DNA of 64,000 nt from an uncultured Crocinitomix sp. (GCA_937136425.1 CAKZON010000083.1:120-64119), one strand, 5' to 3'. Shown: positions 8,047 to 18,061, numbered from the stretch's first letter. Numbers and translations: made by a program. Notes: generated from the letters alone by a model not told the origin.

Positions 8047-11000
8047 TTGGATTCTGATTCCCATCATACAAATATCATCTGTCTGATCTTTATCCCCTCT
8101 CCAATCACTAATAGCTTCATTCACCAATCCGTATTGCTCCGCCATGGGTTTCTTATAAATATCAGTAAATAAGCCTTGCATTCTACGGTAAGTATACTTC
8201 TTATAACGATCGCCACCAAATTGATCAGGGAAACCATCTGAGGTTAAATAAATCACATCACCTTTTTGAATCTCAATTTCTGTATTGGTATACGAATTTG
8301 ATATTTCATACTCGGCGCTAATTCCTACTTTATCTCCTTTTAAAACAATCAACTCGTCATCTTGAATTAAGTATAATGAATTATTTGCTCCAGCAAACTC
8401 AAGAATATTCGTTTTCAAATCAATACTACACAATGCTAAATCCATTCCGTCAAAAAGATCCGCTTTCCGTTCGCCTGTTTGTCCGAAAGCCAAGGAAAGG
8501 CCAACTTGTAAAAAGTTTAATATTTGTGATGGAACCGTAATTCCTTTTTCATTCACGGCTTGATCTAACAAGTTTCGTCCAATAATACTCATCATTGCTC
8601 CAGGCACACCATGTCCTGTACAATCAACAACTGCAAACAATATTTTTGACTGCGTTCTATCTACCCAATAAAAATCTCCACTTACAATGTCTTTAGGTTT
8701 AAAGTAAACAAATGAATCTGGTAGCAACTGTTCCATAAACGATTTTGCAGGTAATATTCCTTTCTGTAATCGCTTGGCATAATTAATACTTGCAGTAATA
8801 TCATTATTCTTTTGTACCAACTCTTCCGTTCTCATCTTAACTTTAGACTCTAGCGTGTTATAGAGCTCAGCATTATCAATCACAGTTCCAATATATGAGG
8901 CAAGGGTTTTCAAGATATCTAAATGATAAGGTTGATACGCATTCATTTTAAAACTTTGAATCGTAATTACTCCAATCATTTTATTCTCAACAATCATTGG
9001 ATAAAATATAAGTGAGTTAGGCATTTCGCCACTTGGCACCATTATTTTACTCACATATTTGTGGCTTTCATTGAGGTTATCATTAATTAAAACTTCTTTT
9101 TTATTTTCAATACACCAAACACTGTAATTGTCCTTTTCATCCATTGAAATTCGAATCGGTTCGTGCAATACACCTTTTTCAATTGAGTACTTATAATAAA
9201 CCGTATTTCTTTCTTCCTCATAAATACGAACAGAGAAGATTTCTGCATCCATCAGCTTACCTATTCTCTCGTATAGATCCACAAAAATTTCATCAAAATC
9301 TAAAGTAGACGAAACTAATTGACCTATTTCACTTAATAAACGGGTATTGAAATAGTTTACTTCCAATTCTTCTTTTTGCAAGCTCACCTCTTTCGTTCGT
9401 TTGCTAATCTTATATTCCATTGTTTCGTATAGCGTTGCATTTTCCATTGCAATAGCCACAAAACTTGCTAAACTCCGAATAAGGTTGAGTTGATATTCAT
9501 CATAAGCATCTTCATTAAAGCTTTGCACCGTAATTACACCTATAGTTTTACCTTTTAAAATTAAAGGAAGATAAACTGTTGAAATTGTTTGATCTCCTGC
9601 AACAGGAGCAACCGTATCAACATCAGGCACAAAATCATTTATTTGCGTGAAGAAATTGCTTATAATTATTTCGCGCGACTCTTTATAACATATTACCCCT
9701 AAACGAGTATTGTCTGCCATATCAAAACCAAAATTCTCTAATGCTTCTCCATTTTCAAGAATTTGAGGAAATACAAGTCGTGTATGCTCTCTATTTGGAA
9801 TTGCAATACCAAACACATTTGCATCCATTAGCTTATTAATGTTTCCGTATACGTTATTGATAATTTCGGTAACAGAATGCGTAGATGTAATTTGCATTCC
9901 TATTTTACTTAATAAACTCGCATTAGAGTGTGTTTTCTTCAATGATTCCTCTACCCTCTTTTGTTCGGTAATATCTCGCGTAACAACACTATACCCACTC
10001 ACATATCCTGTAAGAGAATCCATCTTAGGTCTGGCACGTTGTCCAACCCAAATTATTTTTCCATCTTTTGATTTAGCAGGGAACTCTACATAAGAATTCA
10101 TTAGCTTATCTTTGAATTGTTTTTCATAAAACAATTTTACTCGCTCTTGATGATTATCAGGAATGAGCTGAACAAAATTCATATTGATTAGTTCAACCTT
10201 AGTATAACCTAAAGTTTTAGACATTACATCATTTACAAATATGAATCTTCCTTCCAAATTAATTTCAAAGATCATATCTGTTGATCCTTCAACAAGATCT
10301 GCATATTGAGCTTCTAGCAATTTAGTTTCAGTAATGTCGGTAGCAACACTAATATATTTTATGACATTTCCGTCCTCATCAAAAACTGGTGAAACATTTA
10401 TTGATATCCAAAAAGTAGAATTTGTAACACGATTAGTACTTTCAACTTCAATAGTAAAAGGTTCCTTTGTTTTGTACTGTGTTAATAAACTCCTTTTCTC
10501 TTCTGCTGATAACAACGGACCGTTATAAATATCAACTGGGCTTTTTCCAAGAACAGAATCAGCACTCATACCAGACATTTCGGTAAAACTATCATTTACC
10601 CATATTACTTGGATATCAGCATCAAAAATCACGATTGAGTTTGTTGTATTACTAGCAACCAAGGAAAGCTCCTTTAATTCTTCTGCTACTTTTTCTTGCT
10701 CAGTAATATCGTGTGAAATAACAATGTATCTCTCCAAGTCTTTATTATCGTTCAAAATTGGAGAAATGTGCAAGCGTGTTAAAAACGCTTTATTGTTTTT
10801 AGCATATTGTGTTAGGTTAGCCTCAAACGCCAATTTCTCCTTAAAAATTCGCTCATTAATTTCATTGACTTCTTCTAAGTCTGTCAGTTCTCCGCCCAAC
10901 AATTCATAAGGGGTTCGGTTAACCGCTTCAAACTTTAAATAACCAAACTTTTTTTCAAAAGCGCTATTCACCCATTCTATTCGATCGTCATTTCCAACAA

Positions 11001-12306
11001 TCATTACCATTTGCTCAATATTTGCAGCTACAATTGAAAGTTTCTGTAATTGTTCTTGTTGTTGCTCTAATTGTTTAAAGAGTTTATTTCCTTTGATTAA
11101 TCGGCGATATAAAAGAAATAAGAAAACAAACGTTACTAAAAGTCCTATTGTAATTGCATAAATTAACAATTGATCATTTTCAGACTCTAGCTCTTTTGCT
11201 CTTAATTCACTTTCAGTTTTAACCTGCTCCCTTTGCCTTATAACTTTGTCTACTTCTGTTTCAAAGTTCTTTCTTTGTCCAGCTTGTTCAGATCTGTAAA
11301 GCGAATCTTTAAGCACATAATATTCTTTCAAATAATCATTAGCAGCTCTATAATCACCATTGTTTTGGTGTGCTTCTGCAAGAACCTCATAATTATCCAA
11401 CTTCTCCTTAATAAGGTTTCGTTCCATGGCTGTTTGCAACCCTAATTCGCCAAGCGTAATTGCTTGATCGTAGTTCTCTCCTACAATTTTAAGTTGACCA
11501 CAATATGCATTTGCTGCTGAGATTAATTTATAATCTGCTAACTTCTCAGATTTTTTCAAAGCATCAAAAGCAAAATTCTCTGCCATAACCATGTTCTTTT
11601 GCAAAAGAAAATACCTTGATATTGAAAATAAGTTTTCAGGAGTAGAATGTCTGAATTCCGTCTTTGTTTCATAATTTAAAACAGACTCAAAATAAAACAA
11701 TGCCAAAGTTGTATCTCCTGTTTCAAGTAATACCTCTCCTAATTCGCCGTAAATCTTTGTTGAGGCTTCGTCATTCTGAGCTTCTCCTGCCAAATCTACT
11801 GCAGCAACATAATATCGAATTGATTCATTATATTGTTTATTGAGTTGATAAGAATGTGCAATGTTTTGCAGCACATGCAATTCCATTTCTTTGTCGTCGG
11901 CTGCCAATGCTAATTTAATGGCTCTGTCAAAATATTCAAACCCATCCGAAACATGTATACCATTAGCAATTTTAAGCTCACCCAACCTGTTAGAGGCGTA
12001 CAACTCTCCCTTTTTATAGTCTATTTTTTTAGATAAGTTAAGAGATAACTGGGCGTACTCAGTTGACCGTGCCCAATCAAAGCGATAATATTCATCAGAA
12101 ATTTGATAAAGAACATCTACTTTCTCTTCTCCTTTATCAAGGACAGAAAGACGCATGATGAGCGAATCAATTACTTCATTATTGGATGCACTTTGAGCAA
12201 CTGCAACTTGCGAAAGAAATAGTAGAATAAATCCTGGCAATAGCAGTTTACAGCGCAGCCAATTTACTTGAAGTAATTTAATTAGTTGCATAAGGTTGTT
12301 GGTCAC
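8044..12306 (-). CDS. multidomain sensor protein: TPR repeats - TM - PAS x3-4 - GAF x2 - PP2C/SpoIIE-type serine phosphatase
   Basis: Signal/anchor at the N-terminus, TPR-like repeats, a coiled coil, and a TM helix (LLIYAITIGLLVTFVFLFLLY). PAS blocks follow (VTRDITEQKRVEESL-type junctions), then two GAF-like blocks. The C-terminal SpoIIE motifs are SGDFYWVD and VVDCTGHGVPGAMMS, ending DDICMMGIRI. Confidence 0.8.
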   Translation of the reverse strand: MTNNLMQLIKLLQVNWLRCKLLLPGFILLFLSQVAVAQSASNNEVIDSLIMRLSVLDKGEEKVDVLYQISDEYYRFDWARSTEYAQLSLNLSKKIDYKKGELYASNRLGELKIANGIHVSDGFEYFDRAIKLALAADDKEMELHVLQNIAHSYQLNKQYNESIRYYVAAVDLAGEAQNDEASTKIYGELGEVLLETGDTTLALFYFESVLNYETKTEFRHSTPENLFSISRYFLLQKNMVMAENFAFDALKKSEKLADYKLISAANAYCGQLKIVGENYDQAITLGELGLQTAMERNLIKEKLDNYEVLAEAHQNNGDYRAANDYLKEYYVLKDSLYRSEQAGQRKNFETEVDKVIRQREQVKTESELRAKELESENDQLLIYAITIGLLVTFVFLFLLYRRLIKGNKLFKQLEQQQEQLQKLSIVAANIEQMVMIVGNDDRIEWVNSAFEKKFGYLKFEAVNRTPYELLGGELTDLEEVNEINERIFKEKLAFEANLTQYAKNNKAFLTRLHISPILNDNKDLERYIVISHDITEQEKVAEELKELSLVASNTTNSIVIFDADIQVIWVNDSFTEMSGMSADSVLGKSPVDIYNGPLLSAEEKRSLLTQYKTKEPFTIEVESTNRVTNSTFWISINVSPVFDEDGNVIKYISVATDITETKLLEAQYADLVEGSTDMIFEINLEGRFIFVNDVMSKTLGYTKVELINMNFVQLIPDNHQERVKLFYEKQFKDKLMNSYVEFPAKSKDGKIIWVGQRARPKMDSLTGYVSGYSVVTRDITEQKRVEESLKKTHSNASLLSKIGMQITSTHSVTEIINNVYGNINKLMDANVFGIAIPNREHTRLVFPQILENGEALENFGFDMADNTRLGVICYKESREIIISNFFTQINDFVPDVDTVAPVAGDQTISTVYLPLILKGKTIGVITVQSFNEDAYDEYQLNLIRSLASFVAIAMENATLYETMEYKISKRTKEVSLQKEELEVNYFNTRLLSEIGQLVSSTLDFDEIFVDLYERIGKLMDAEIFSVRIYEEERNTVYYKYSIEKGVLHEPIRISMDEKDNYSVWCIENKKEVLINDNLNESHKYVSKIMVPSGEMPNSLIFYPMIVENKMIGVITIQSFKMNAYQPYHLDILKTLASYIGTVIDNAELYNTLESKVKMRTEELVQKNNDITASINYAKRLQKGILPAKSFMEQLLPDSFVYFKPKDIVSGDFYWVDRTQSKILFAVVDCTGHGVPGAMMSIIGRNLLDQAVNEKGITVPSQILNFLQVGLSLAFGQTGERKADLFDGMDLALCSIDLKTNILEFAGANNSLYLIQDDELIVLKGDKVGISAEYEISNSYTNTEIEIQKGDVIYLTSDGFPDQFGGDRYKKYTYRRMQGLFTDIYKKPMAEQYGLVNEAISDWRGDKDQTDDICMMGIRIQ

Positions 12307-12374
12307 AATACTTAAAGATAATTAAATATTCAACTTATCCTTGTATTTCACCTCCTTTTTGCCCTCATATTGCA

Positions 12375-12411
12375 CAAAAAAACCGTCTAGACTATAACGT
12401 CCAGACGGTTT
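12375..12411 (-). terminator. rho-independent terminator after rplI
   Basis: On the minus strand, ACCGTCTGG..CTAGACGGT stem followed by a T7 run. Confidence 0.6.
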
Positions 12412-12444
12412 AAATACTTATTAAAAATTTCTATCGAAAAGGAA

Positions 12445-12891
12445 CTACTCTCCTATTACTTCGAAATTGAAACTTTGTTTTACTTCTTTGTGTAAGTTCG
12501 CAATTGCTTCGTACGTACCTAATTCTTTGATTGGCTCGTTTACAATTGTGATTGACTTTCTATCAATTTCAACACCTTCAGCAGCTAATGCAGCTACTAA
12601 ACCTACTGTATTAACAGATCCAAAAATCTTTCCACTTTCACCAATTTTAGCAGCAACTTTAACAGAAATACCAGTTAATTTAGTTGCAATAGCTTCAGCA
12701 GCTTCTTTAATTTGTGATTCTTTGTGTGATTTTTGACGCATTACTTCAGCATGCGCTTTCTTTGCAGATTCTGTTGCTAGAGAAGCATAACCTTGAGGGA
12801 TTAAGAAATTTCTTCCATATCCGTTTTTTACTGTTACAACTTCGTCTTTATATCCTAGCTTGTCTACGTTCTTCTTTAATATAACTTCCAT
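12445..12891 (-). CDS. rplI: 50S ribosomal protein L9
   Basis: MEVILKKNVDKLGYKDEVVTVKNGYGRNFLIPQGYA is the canonical L9 N-terminus. Last gene of the rpsF-rpsR-rplI operon. Confidence 0.95.
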   Translation of the reverse strand: MEVILKKNVDKLGYKDEVVTVKNGYGRNFLIPQGYASLATESAKKAHAEVMRQKSHKESQIKEAAEAIATKLTGISVKVAAKIGESGKIFGSVNTVGLVAALAAEGVEIDRKSITIVNEPIKELGTYEAIANLHKEVKQSFNFEVIGE

Positions 12892-12922
12892 TACAAGGGA
12901 ATTTTTAATTCAACACTATTAT

Positions 12923-13186
12923 TTATTTCATCAAATCAGCAACATAAGGAAGGATAGCAAGGTGTCTTGCTCTTTTCACTGCCTTATTTACTTTTTTCTG
13001 AAATTTTTGAGAAGTTCCAGTTACTCTTCTCGGCAAGATTTTCCCTTGCTCATTGATAAATTTGATTAAGAAATCAGGATTTTTATAATCAATGTATTTG
13101 ATTCCGCTTTTCTTGAATCTGCAATATTTCTCCTTTTTAATTTCAATATTAATTGGAGTTAAATATCTAATTTCTGATTGTGACAT
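12923..13186 (-). CDS. rpsR: 30S ribosomal protein S18
   Basis: YCRFKK ... IDYKN ... [18 protein letters not shown] ... [19 protein letters not shown]-type S18 signature. Confidence 0.95.
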   Translation of the reverse strand: MSQSEIRYLTPINIEIKKEKYCRFKKSGIKYIDYKNPDFLIKFINEQGKILPRRVTGTSQKFQKKVNKAVKRARHLAILPYVADLMK

Positions 13187-13218
13187 TTTTAAATTCTTTT
13201 AATTAAACACTTTGTTAA

Positions 13219-13551
13219 TTATGCTTTTGCAGCATTTCTTGTTTTCTCAGCAAACGCAACGTGATCTTTTTCCATTCTCACAGTTAAAAATCGCATGATG
13301 CGCTCATCACGTTTAAATGCTATCTCCAATTTCTGGATCAAGTCTCCTTGTGCTTCAAATTCAACAAGATTGTAAAAGCCGTTAGATTTTTTCTGAATTT
13401 GGTAAGCCATCTTTTTGAGACCCCAAAATTCTTTGTGTTTAATCGCTCCTCCGTTAGAGGTGATAAAATCTTCATACACTTTTACTGCTTCCTTTGTCTG
13501 TTCCTCAGACAAAACGGGAGTTAAAATGAAAACAGTTTCGTACCTATTCAT
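13219..13551 (-). CDS. rpsF: 30S ribosomal protein S6
   Basis: MNRYETVFILTPVLSEEQ is the canonical S6 start. The 39-codon upstream extension in the ORF track is not S6-like. Confidence 0.93.
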   Translation of the reverse strand: MNRYETVFILTPVLSEEQTKEAVKVYEDFITSNGGAIKHKEFWGLKKMAYQIQKKSNGFYNLVEFEAQGDLIQKLEIAFKRDERIMRFLTVRMEKDHVAFAEKTRNAAKA

Positions 13552-13942
13552 ATATAAAATTTTAAAAATTAGCTCGCCTCCGCACTCTGCTATGGCGAAC
13601 GAGAGCGCAAAGATACGTTTATTAATTGAAGAACAAAGAATTTTGAAGAAAGTTTTACGCTCCTTCATTCCTTTAATAAAATTCCAGATCCCCTACCCGC
13701 ATTAAACTGCTTATTAATAAAGAGCTAAGCATCCATATTCACTCCATTATAAGTAATACCTTAACTTGTTCAAACAAGACTATTAATATTGTATAAATGC
13801 AAGAATTGAATTCAAAGATAATAGGAATACTTTCCATTTGCTTTATATGAATGAGCAATTGCTGAAAAACTGTTAATAAATAGCGCCTTTGATAGGCTAT
13901 TATCTGAGGTCTTTAAATTATATTTGTTCTTCAATATTTTCT

Positions 13943-15061
13943 ATGAGTAATTTTGTTGTTTCAGCCCGTAAGTACAGACCACAAACTTTTGATACAGTTG
14001 TTGGACAATCGTCCATTACAACAACATTAAAAAATGCAATCAAAAATGATCATTTGGCGCAAGCCTTTTTATTTTTTGGATCAAGAGGAGTTGGAAAAAC
14101 GACTACCGCTAGAATTTTAGCAAAAACAATTAACTGCTTAAATTTAAGTCCAGATATTGAGCCGTGCAATTCTTGCGAGTCTTGCACCTCATTTAACGAA
14201 GGACATTCGTTTAACATACTAGAATTGGATGCTGCTTCGAATAACTCTGTAGACGACATTCGAAACTTGATTGACCAAGTAAGAATTGCACCGCAAATTG
14301 GAAATCATAAAATCTTCATCATTGATGAGGTTCACATGTTATCTCAATCTGCCTTTAATGCTTTCTTAAAAACGTTAGAGGAACCTCCAAAACATGCTGT
14401 ATTTATTTTAGCTACAACGGAAAAACATAAGATCTTACCTACTATATTGTCTCGTTGTCAAATTTTTGATTTCCACAGAATTCAAATAGAGGATATTGTA
14501 GGACATCTATCCTCAATTGCAGAAAAAGAAAGTATAAAAGCGGATGAAAAAGCTTTACATGTAATTGCTCAAAAGGCTGACGGAGCATTAAGAGACGCCC
14601 TTTCAATATTTGATCAGATTGTATCATTTAGTAATAATAATGTTACGTACGAGGCGGTTTTAGAAAATCTTAATGTACTTGACTATGATTATTATTTTAA
14701 AATAATTGAAGCGGCTAAAGAAGGTAACATTGCTCAAAACTTATTGATTTATAACGACATTTTATCAAAAGGATTTGATGGCAGTCAATTTATCTTGGGT
14801 CTTTCAGAACATCTAAGAAATTTACTCGTTTGCAAAGACCCTTCTACAGTTGATTTAATGGAGGTACCTAACGAAATCAAGGAAAAGTATTTGGCTCAAA
14901 GCGCTTCTACGTCTCAAAGCTTTATTTTATTAGCACTTGACTTGTTACGCGATACAGACTTACACTTTAAAGCAAGTAAAAATAAAAGATTAAGCGTAGA
15001 GATTTCTCTCATGAAATTGAGCTCAATCGAAGCAACATTAAAAAGTAAACAAGCATCTTAA
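13943..15061 (+). CDS. dnaX: DNA polymerase III subunit gamma/tau, domains I-III (gamma-length product)
   Basis: ARKYRPQTFDTVVGQ, Walker A GSRGVGKTT, zinc module CNSCESC, DEVH box IIDEVHML, sensor SRCQ. The in-frame stop comes after 372 codons. Confidence 0.9.
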   Translation: MSNFVVSARKYRPQTFDTVVGQSSITTTLKNAIKNDHLAQAFLFFGSRGVGKTTTARILAKTINCLNLSPDIEPCNSCESCTSFNEGHSFNILELDAASNNSVDDIRNLIDQVRIAPQIGNHKIFIIDEVHMLSQSAFNAFLKTLEEPPKHAVFILATTEKHKILPTILSRCQIFDFHRIQIEDIVGHLSSIAEKESIKADEKALHVIAQKADGALRDALSIFDQIVSFSNNNVTYEAVLENLNVLDYDYYFKIIEAAKEGNIAQNLLIYNDILSKGFDGSQFILGLSEHLRNLLVCKDPSTVDLMEVPNEIKEKYLAQSASTSQSFILLALDLLRDTDLHFKASKNKRLSVEISLMKLSSIEATLKSKQAS

Positions 15062-15075
15062 GTTTTACTGACATA

Positions 15076-15696
15076 GTGATTTTACCCTTTGAGGGGCAAG
15101 GCGAAGTGGCTGCTAAAAAAGCAACATCTACTTCCAGCCAACCTGCAGCAAATGGTAGCAAACAAGCGCCCGTTAACAATGGACCGCGAATTGGAGGGGC
15201 ACCTGTGCGAAAACAGGTTAGCCAGCCAACAGGCAAATTGAGCACCAATAATATTGGAATTAACGAAACCTTAAATCCAACTGTAAGAACAGGAACTAAA
15301 AAACAAGTTGCCGCTTCCACTAATCAAAGAGAGGATTTTACGTTTGATCAATTAAAGCGGGTTTGGAAAGAATATAGTTTGGCTATTCGCCGCGAAAAAC
15401 GAGAGAGCATGTACTCTACTTTGATGAATTCGAAGATGACCATGTCGTCTGATTATCAAATTCACCTGGAAATTGCAAATGAATTACAAGGGAAAAAGCT
15501 GGAAATTGAAAAGGTTGAACTTTTAGGTTTTATTCGTTCAAAATTAAAGAACTACACCATTGGTTTAAAATACAGTTTGATCGCTACTGAAAAAATGGAG
15601 ATTTTAGATAGCAAAGGTATATTTGACAAATTAGCAGAAGAAAATTCATCTCTAAATAAGTTTCGAAAACTGTTTAATTTGGATATTGAATTCTAG
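15076..15696 (+). CDS. tau-specific C-terminal segment of DnaX, in a different frame from the upstream dnaX ORF
   Basis: A low-complexity linker (AAKKATSTSSQPAANGSKQAPVNNG) is followed by a conserved-looking C-terminal module ending KFRKLFNLDIEF. There is no ATG until codon ~113. This frame is open from 15049, overlapping dnaX by 10 nt. Confidence 0.55.
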   Translation: MILPFEGQGEVAAKKATSTSSQPAANGSKQAPVNNGPRIGGAPVRKQVSQPTGKLSTNNIGINETLNPTVRTGTKKQVAASTNQREDFTFDQLKRVWKEYSLAIRREKRESMYSTLMNSKMTMSSDYQIHLEIANELQGKKLEIEKVELLGFIRSKLKNYTIGLKYSLIATEKMEILDSKGIFDKLAEENSSLNKFRKLFNLDIEF

Positions 15697-16144
15697 CGAA
15701 AACTCCTTTATTCAAAAATTATTTCTTTCATTTGGAATGCTTAATAACAAGTGCTAAACCGTTCATTTTAAGCAACTAATTAGACTCACAATATTCTACC
15801 GATTTAGGGGATTATATAGTTTTGGTTGTATAAATTAGGTAAGCACTACCCTTTTTAGCTTACTCGGCATTTTACCAAAGTGCATTTTTAACCATACTAA
15901 CCATAAAATACAACCCTATGAAAAAAAACATTACTACTTGTTAACCACGGTATTCTGTTCTAAACACATATAAAAGTCTTAATTTCCGTTTTGAAATCAG
16001 GCCTTTATATGCTTTATTGTTTAAAAACGAACAAATACCTTATAAACAAGTGCTTATCACTCTAATTATTCTTACATTAAGACAACTGTTACCTATGTGT
16101 AATCGTTTTAAAATTGATTGCTAACCAAATAAAATATAACACCT

Positions 16145-17683
16145 ATGAAAAAAATCTTATACACTATTGCATTTGTGTGCTCTACTGCATTTTCATTTGC
16201 ACAAGATTTTGCCCTTACCTATGAACCTATTGAAGGAAGTGGATTTGTCACAATTCGTGATTTAAGTACAACAACTGATGGTAATTTAATTGTTGGATAT
16301 GATTACGTTAATGCTGGCGTGCCTGTTTCAGGAATTATGAAAACGGCTGCTGACGGCTCCATATTATGGTCTAAAACCCTAGAAGTACCTGAGTCTGTTG
16401 CGGGATGTTCATTTGAAGTAATAGAAAACGCAGAAGGAAACTTCTACCTTTGGGGACTTAGCAAAGCTGAATCTACTAACAAGCGTGCAATCCTTTCTGA
16501 AATCACTGCAGAAGGAGAAATACTTTGGTCTAAAAAGTATGACTTTGGTACACATGCAAGTACTGCTTACTCTATCAACTCCTTATCATTATTACCTTCC
16601 GGTAATCTTCAAATGATGATTGCTGTTTACACGAATGTAATTGTTATTCAAACTAACGCTGATGGTGAAATCATTTGGGGTAAAGTTTCTGCAATGGGAC
16701 CTCCGGATGACGGTGGAAAAAACCCAGGGTTTGAGTGGCTAGCAATTCCAGATGACGGTGGAATGTGTGCCAGTAAAGCAGAAAATGACTTTTCTTTATT
16801 AAGATATAGCAACGACGGTGAATTACTATGGAACAGAGCTTATAAACTAGGCGGATATACGCACTGTAAAACTATTGCTAGTGCTCCCAACGGAAACGTA
16901 TTAATTGCTGGTTATATTGATTTTGTACCACATATTATGGAAGTGTCTGACGAGGATGGAACTTTGATTTGGATCAAAACATTTGAAGGATTATCAATGT
17001 CATTTACAGGAAAATCTCACTTGACTGTTGATGGTGACAATATTTATCTTGATTTTACAACTACAACTAACCAACAATATGTTTTAAGAATGAGTGAAAC
17101 TGGCGAAGTTCTAGAAACTATGATGACTAAGAAAAATGTTTTAGACTATAATAAAATTGAATTGGTAGATCAAAATGAGGTTTACTTATATGGTTCTGCT
17201 TTAGAAGGAGACATTTATAAAGGAATGATTTTAAGAACTAAAGATTTATTTGAAGAATCTTGTATGGTTGGTCCTGCTGAAGAAGTTACTACAGTTGATT
17301 TTGAAGATTATTCAGAAGTTGATTTTACTCCATTTGAGTGGGATTTTGCTGATGAAGCTGATATTGACATTTCATTAGTAGACTTATCAATGAGAGCAAA
17401 ATATGCTTGCGAAGTTGTTTTATCAAATGGTTCTGACATCAACGAAAGTAATATAGCTGTTTATCCAAATCCTGTTGCTAACAACATCACAATTCAGGTA
17501 ACAGAAGATTTAGTAAATGCACCATTTATTATTACTGATCTTTCTGGAAAACAAGTAATGAATAGTAAAATCACAAGTATTCAATCTGAAATTGACCTGT
17601 CTGAATTAAACAATGGACAATATATTCTTTCAATTCAAACTGAAAACGGAATTAAAACACAAAAAATTACGGTTCTTAAATAA
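16145..17683 (+). CDS. secreted repeat protein with type-A T9SS C-terminal sorting domain
   Basis: Signal peptide (MKKILYTIAFVCSTAFSFAQ), repeated G-x-ILW/IIWGK beta-propeller-like units, and a C-terminus VYPNPVANNITIQV...GQYILSIQTENGIKTQKITVLK. Confidence 0.8.
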   Translation: MKKILYTIAFVCSTAFSFAQDFALTYEPIEGSGFVTIRDLSTTTDGNLIVGYDYVNAGVPVSGIMKTAADGSILWSKTLEVPESVAGCSFEVIENAEGNFYLWGLSKAESTNKRAILSEITAEGEILWSKKYDFGTHASTAYSINSLSLLPSGNLQMMIAVYTNVIVIQTNADGEIIWGKVSAMGPPDDGGKNPGFEWLAIPDDGGMCASKAENDFSLLRYSNDGELLWNRAYKLGGYTHCKTIASAPNGNVLIAGYIDFVPHIMEVSDEDGTLIWIKTFEGLSMSFTGKSHLTVDGDNIYLDFTTTTNQQYVLRMSETGEVLETMMTKKNVLDYNKIELVDQNEVYLYGSALEGDIYKGMILRTKDLFEESCMVGPAEEVTTVDFEDYSEVDFTPFEWDFADEADIDISLVDLSMRAKYACEVVLSNGSDINESNIAVYPNPVANNITIQVTEDLVNAPFIITDLSGKQVMNSKITSIQSEIDLSELNNGQYILSIQTENGIKTQKITVLK

Positions 17684-17712
17684 ATCGTTATTTTTTTTTA
17701 TAAATAACTAGG

Positions 17713-17747
17713 AGTCCGCTCAATATGTATTGAGCGGACTTTTTTTA
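17713..17747 (+). terminator. rho-independent terminator
   Basis: AGTCCGCTCAATA-TGT-ATTGAGCGGACT perfect stem followed by T7. Confidence 0.75.
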
Positions 17748-18002
17748 TGCTCAATTTTAAGTATTCTTCACAAATTATCTCCAACCATTTTTTGATTACG
17801 GTCGTCTTACTACACATACACTTATAAATGTTAACCATGACAGTCCCAAAAAATCAAAACACCACTAATTCATTTATATTTACTTTTTTGAAGTACTTAA
17901 TTCCATAATTTGCGATATTTGAATCGTATATAGTTTCCCACACATGTTATTAGCATTATTAACGCTTTTTACTTTAACCGGTAAGATTAGCCCAAAACCG
18001 AG

Positions 18003-18040
18003 CGCGTGCATTAACTATGAGTTGGTGCACGCGTTTTTTT
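18003..18040 (+). terminator. orphan rho-independent terminator (no annotated upstream ORF)
   Basis: CGCGTGCA ... TGCACGCG 8-bp stem followed by T7. No ORF of 60 aa or more lies between 17748 and 18003 on the + strand. Confidence 0.55.
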
Positions 18041-18061
18041 CTACACACAAATAAAGCGCAT

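Noticed and set aside
13552-13668. Upstream extensions of ORF-track models: rpsF 13552-13668, dnaX 13889-13942, ABC 21086-21145, 32588-gene 35630-35701, lipoprotein 42363-42449, helicase 48649-48687, trxB 48695-48829, A2M 5328-5447.
   Set aside because: In each case a downstream Met begins a canonical family N-terminus or a signal peptide/lipobox. The extension has no such features, or it overlaps the neighbouring gene.
15038-15048. TTAAAAAGTAA in dnaX, which resembles the E. coli A-AAA-AAG frameshift site.
   Set aside because: A -1 shift here would immediately meet TAA at 15046-15048 in the target frame. It therefore cannot join the two dnaX ORFs, and would at most give an even shorter product.
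15905-15945. Mini-ORF ATGAAAAAAAACATTACTACTTGTTAA (MKKNITTC) upstream of the T9SS protein gene, considered as a possible leader peptide.
   Set aside because: It is only 8 codons and lies 200 nt from the gene. No attenuator structure is visible, and the resemblance to the real start (ATGAAAAAAATCTTATAC) is just the common Lys-rich signal-peptide beginning.
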